DNA from: Candidatus Humimicrobium oleiphilum
Lineage (GTDB): Bacteria > Actinomycetota > Humimicrobiia > Humimicrobiales > Humimicrobiaceae
Assembly: GCA_002304935.1 (NCBI GenBank)
Contig: DBPS01000040.1
Location: 35,675 to 99,674, forward strand
Direction of reading: 5' to 3'
DNA: 64,000 nt
A program made the position numbers and the translations under genes. Within the stretch, counting starts at the first letter, position 1. Each line of letters opens with the position of its first letter. Positions 60,817-64,000 of the stretch are shown in pieces. Below the pieces are notes generated by a model, which saw only the letters and a program-made list of their open reading frames with translations, had not been told where the DNA came from and ran no database searches.

Positions 60817-61476
60817 TTAAGAGGACTTCTTTGCAACATGCTTTTCCCATCCGGTTATGACCGATTTGTAAAAATCCATTATTTTAGGCCCTGTGGAACC
60901 AAGATAAATATGGGCAATTACTGTGATAGCAAATATCCAGCAGAGTATAAAATGTATGAATTTGATATTCTGGAGTCCTCCGAAAATATTATTAAACTGA
61001 GCCCATCTGGCAGTAAAATACATCGCTATGCCTGTAATTCCCTGTATTAGAAGCAGAATAGGCCACAGACTGTATATCATCCTTTGCCCGGGATTATACT
61101 TTCCATAATCTTTTTTAGGTGCACCTGTAAAAATCCCGTACAGATAATATTTGAACAGGTTTGGAAGTTCAAGCAGGTCCCTCCATCTGAAAACCAATTC
61201 CTTTATTTCACCGCTTACTATTGAATAATATATCTTATATATCATTGTCCAGCCTATTATATACATAAAAATAAAGTGGACATACCTTGCAGAATCCATG
61301 CTTGGGAATATTCTGAATACTGTAGGTGAATAAATATAAAAACCGGTCAGTATCAACATAACCATAGAGATTAAATGAAGCCCGTGCATTATCCTTGTGA
61401 CAATTGTGTGCTTGAAAATAAAAATAGCACCATTAATTGTTTTTTCAGGCATTTTACTTGATGAAATAGACATCAT
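60817..61476 (-). CDS. hyaC: Ni/Fe-hydrogenase b-type cytochrome subunit
   Basis: Four TM helices with conserved His. Lies downstream of the large subunit. Confidence 0.7.
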   Translation of the reverse strand: MMSISSSKMPEKTINGAIFIFKHTIVTRIMHGLHLISMVMLILTGFYIYSPTVFRIFPSMDSARYVHFIFMYIIGWTMIYKIYYSIVSGEIKELVFRWRDLLELPNLFKYYLYGIFTGAPKKDYGKYNPGQRMIYSLWPILLLIQGITGIAMYFTARWAQFNNIFGGLQNIKFIHFILCWIFAITVIAHIYLGSTGPKIMDFYKSVITGWEKHVAKKSS

Positions 61477-61490
61477 ATCTCTCCTAAAAA

Positions 61491-63047
61491 TTAAATTTTA
61501 AATCTATATACACTTTCGTTTTCCATATCTATTATGTGTATTGCGCATGCAAGACACGGATCAAAAGACCTGATTACTCTCGCAGGTTCTATCGGATTCT
61601 TGCTATCAGCAACCGGTGTGCCTATAAGAGCCATTTCGAAAGGCCCCGGATTGTTATTATCATCTTTTGGCGAGCCGTTCCATGTTGTAGGAACAACTGC
61701 CTGATAATTTGAAATTCTCTTATTTTCAATTTTAATCCAGTGCCCCAGAGAGCCTCTTGGACCTTCCGTGAGCCCTTTCCCTTTTGAGCTAAGAGGTATA
61801 CTGAAATCATTAGCAACCGGTCCGCCAGGAATAAGTTCATCTAACCAGTATTCCATTCTGTCAATAAGTATTTTTGATTCAAGAGCTCTGGCTGCATGCC
61901 TTCCCATAGTGGAAATAAGATTTTCAGGACTTGCGGACAATTCAGTCAATGCACTTTTTACCAGATTGTTAAGCTCGCTATTTGAATTTGCAGAATATGA
62001 AATCAATGCTCTTGCGAGCGGTCCGACTTCAACGACTTTACCATTATATCTTGGAGATTTTATCCATGAATATGCATCTTTTTTAAATGGAGACGGTATA
62101 GTCTGTTCATCATAAGGGTTTAGCCCTGATTCTGAGGAATACTTTGAATGCTTTACAAATTCAGTAATTTTTTCTGCTTCAAAATCAGAAACCTTTTTAC
62201 CAGTTAAAACTCCCCGGGGGAAGAGCCAGCTTGAATTATCTTCATTTTCAGGAAAGCCGCCATATGACATAAAATCAGAGGTTCCCTTCCCTATTGCAAA
62301 GTAATCAGGATAATTTTTAGCAATTGCAATGACATCAGGTATATAAGTTTTTTCAACAAAATTTTTAATCTCTGATAATCTCGATTTAAAAGCCATGATT
62401 TTATCTACTGTGGGAACGCATGTAACTCCTCCGGGTACCAGCGTCTGGCAGTGCGGCATTTTGCCCCCGAAGATAGCAAGCATCTCATGGCATTTTCTTC
62501 TTATTTCAATTGCCTTTATATAGCTGGCTATGGCATGTATATTAAGCTCATGATCTTTTACATAATCTCCCTCATATCTTGGAAGAAACGGAGAGCCTGC
62601 TGTCCTGCTGCCTGAATCCAAATCTGATTTTATCCATTCTTTTATTTTGATTATTTTTGAATCCGTTCCTTTATAATCCAGCGCTGCTGTTATATCTACA
62701 AAATCAAGTGCAGAAAGAAGATAGAAATGAAGAATATGACTTTGAAGGAAATTTGAACCCAGCATAAGATTTCTTATTATTCTTCCATTTTTTGCAGGTT
62801 TTATCCCGAAAGCGTCATCAAGAGCCATAACAGAACCTGTGCCATGCACCTGCGGACATACTCCGCATATCCTTTGTGCTATCATGGGAGCATCAAGAGG
62901 GCTTCTGTCTCTTAAAATTATTTCTATCCCTCTGAACATTTCACCAGAACTGTATGCTTCTGTAACTTTACCATTTTCTACTTTTATTTCTATTTTTAAA
63001 TGACCTTCGATCCTTGTAAGCGGATCGATTATTATTGTTTCAGTCAT
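61491..63047 (-). CDS. hyaB: [NiFe] hydrogenase large subunit (group 1, uptake type)
   Basis: N-terminal RIEGH and RICGVC motifs. C-terminal DPCLACAIH followed by a 14-aa extension for HyaD processing. Confidence 0.9.
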   Translation of the reverse strand: MTETIIIDPLTRIEGHLKIEIKVENGKVTEAYSSGEMFRGIEIILRDRSPLDAPMIAQRICGVCPQVHGTGSVMALDDAFGIKPAKNGRIIRNLMLGSNFLQSHILHFYLLSALDFVDITAALDYKGTDSKIIKIKEWIKSDLDSGSRTAGSPFLPRYEGDYVKDHELNIHAIASYIKAIEIRRKCHEMLAIFGGKMPHCQTLVPGGVTCVPTVDKIMAFKSRLSEIKNFVEKTYIPDVIAIAKNYPDYFAIGKGTSDFMSYGGFPENEDNSSWLFPRGVLTGKKVSDFEAEKITEFVKHSKYSSESGLNPYDEQTIPSPFKKDAYSWIKSPRYNGKVVEVGPLARALISYSANSNSELNNLVKSALTELSASPENLISTMGRHAARALESKILIDRMEYWLDELIPGGPVANDFSIPLSSKGKGLTEGPRGSLGHWIKIENKRISNYQAVVPTTWNGSPKDDNNNPGPFEMALIGTPVADSKNPIEPARVIRSFDPCLACAIHIIDMENESVYRFKI

Positions 63048-64000
63048 ATTTTTTCCTCCTTGTCAGAAGTATTCTGTATATCCTGATCTGCTTTGTCATT
63101 TTCTTCTTCTATATGAGAAGAATCGGATCTGCTTTGTTTTTTCTTTAATTTTTTTGTGCTTATGGCTCTGGCAACTGCATGCCCTGCAATTGCAGCAGCA
63201 GTAGCACCTCCCAAAGCAATTCCTATCGTATTGGCATTAGCATTTATTTCCGCAAGACCGGGAACCTGTGCTGCCGGAAGTTTTTCATATAATCCCGAAC
63301 CAGATCCGCCAGGAAAAGTCGGCTCAGTACAGCCTATACAGGGTCCTCCGGCCCTGTTACACCAGCTGACAGAACTATTCCACCCTCTTGTAGAAATATC
63401 GCAGTGAGCTACTGGCCCTTTGCAGCCAAGTTCATAAAGACAGCCTTTCTCACCAAATTTTTTGGCAAAAATACCTGCATCGAAATATTGTCTCAACTCA
63501 CAATTGTCATGCACCACTTTGTCGGATCCAAAAAATATTTCAGGCCTGTTCAGGTCATCAAGTTTTGGCAATCCGTATTTTAAAACATGCACTAGTGTTC
63601 CAATTACCCATTCCGGATGTGGAGGACATCCCGGAATATTTATTAAAGGTTTTTCTTTGATAATATCCTTTGCCGGTTTTGCTTTTGTGGGATTTGGAGG
63701 AGCAGCAGGAATGCCTCCCCAGGTTGCACAAGTACCTACTGCCACTACAGCCGATGCAGCTGAAGCTAACTTCTCAATCCACTCAAGGGCAGTTACCGAT
63801 TTACCGTTAACTTCCCCCACATTGCAGAAATTACCTTCAGCTTCAACAGGAATGGAGCCATCAATAACAAGAATGAATTTTCCTTCTTCTTCAGTTATTG
63901 CTTTTTCAAGCATGGAAATTGCAACATCACCGGTTGCACCCATTATCGTAGGATTATATTCAAGAGTAATAAGTTCGATAAGCACTTCTTCGGCACTTGG
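63044..64000 (-). CDS. hyaA: [NiFe] hydrogenase small subunit; the N-terminus lies beyond the window
   Basis: LIELITLEYNPTIMGATGD and FeS-cluster Cys motifs. The frame stays open to position 64000. Has a C-terminal hydrophobic anchor plus a charged tail. Confidence 0.8.
   Translation of the reverse strand, partial: PSAEEVLIELITLEYNPTIMGATGDVAISMLEKAITEEEGKFILVIDGSIPVEAEGNFCNVGEVNGKSVTALEWIEKLASAASAVVAVGTCATWGGIPAAPPNPTKAKPAKDIIKEKPLINIPGCPPHPEWVIGTLVHVLKYGLPKLDDLNRPEIFFGSDKVVHDNCELRQYFDAGIFAKKFGEKGCLYELGCKGPVAHCDISTRGWNSSVSWCNRAGGPCIGCTEPTFPGGSGSGLYEKLPAAQVPGLAEINANANTIGIALGGATAAAIAGHAVARAISTKKLKKKQSRSDSSHIEEENDKADQDIQNTSDKEEKI

Overview
This AT-rich window (about 28-30% GC) is densely packed core chromosome from a Firmicutes/Clostridia-like anaerobe. 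I see no prophage, IS elements or CRISPR array. It contains 72 protein-coding genes (pilO split into two ORFs), one tRNA and a few regulatory sites.

Left part (1-13.4 kb): a monoderm-style type IV pilus locus. Its order is pilT, pilC, major pilin, prepilin peptidase, pilM, pilN, a split pilO and a lipoprotein. The shikimate genes aroE (partial), aroC, aroK, aroB and aroQ sit inside this locus. Two minor pilins and a PilX-like protein follow them.

Middle part: housekeeping genes in Bacillus-like order. These include pepP, efp, nusB, tlyA, nadK, recN, pyrG, xerD, trpS, scpA, scpB, rluB, tyrA, aroA, cmk, plsC, ispH, a radical-SAM/DUF512 protein, der, gpsA, tRNA-Pro(GGG), a phosphohexomutase, an FHA protein, a tandem-MerR regulator, dacB and hpt.

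Right part: a complete SOS module. It has two perfect Cheo/LexA boxes inside a canonical sigma-A promoter driving a small YneA-like single-TM gene. An orphan ilvC and lexA with a palindromic operator lie downstream.

The final 13 kb is all on the minus strand: hflX, dapL, dapF, miaA, miaB, spoVS, an unusual MutL/MORC-type GHKL ATPase in the ymdB slot, rny, and a group-1 [NiFe] uptake hydrogenase operon (hypA, hyaD, cytochrome b, large subunit, partial small subunit).

The most interesting items are the SOS-controlled YneA-like gene, the orphan GHKL ATPase that overlaps rny, the pilO split at an A7 run, and the pilus/shikimate interleaving. This is not a clearly accessory region, and I cannot name a convincingly new multi-gene system.
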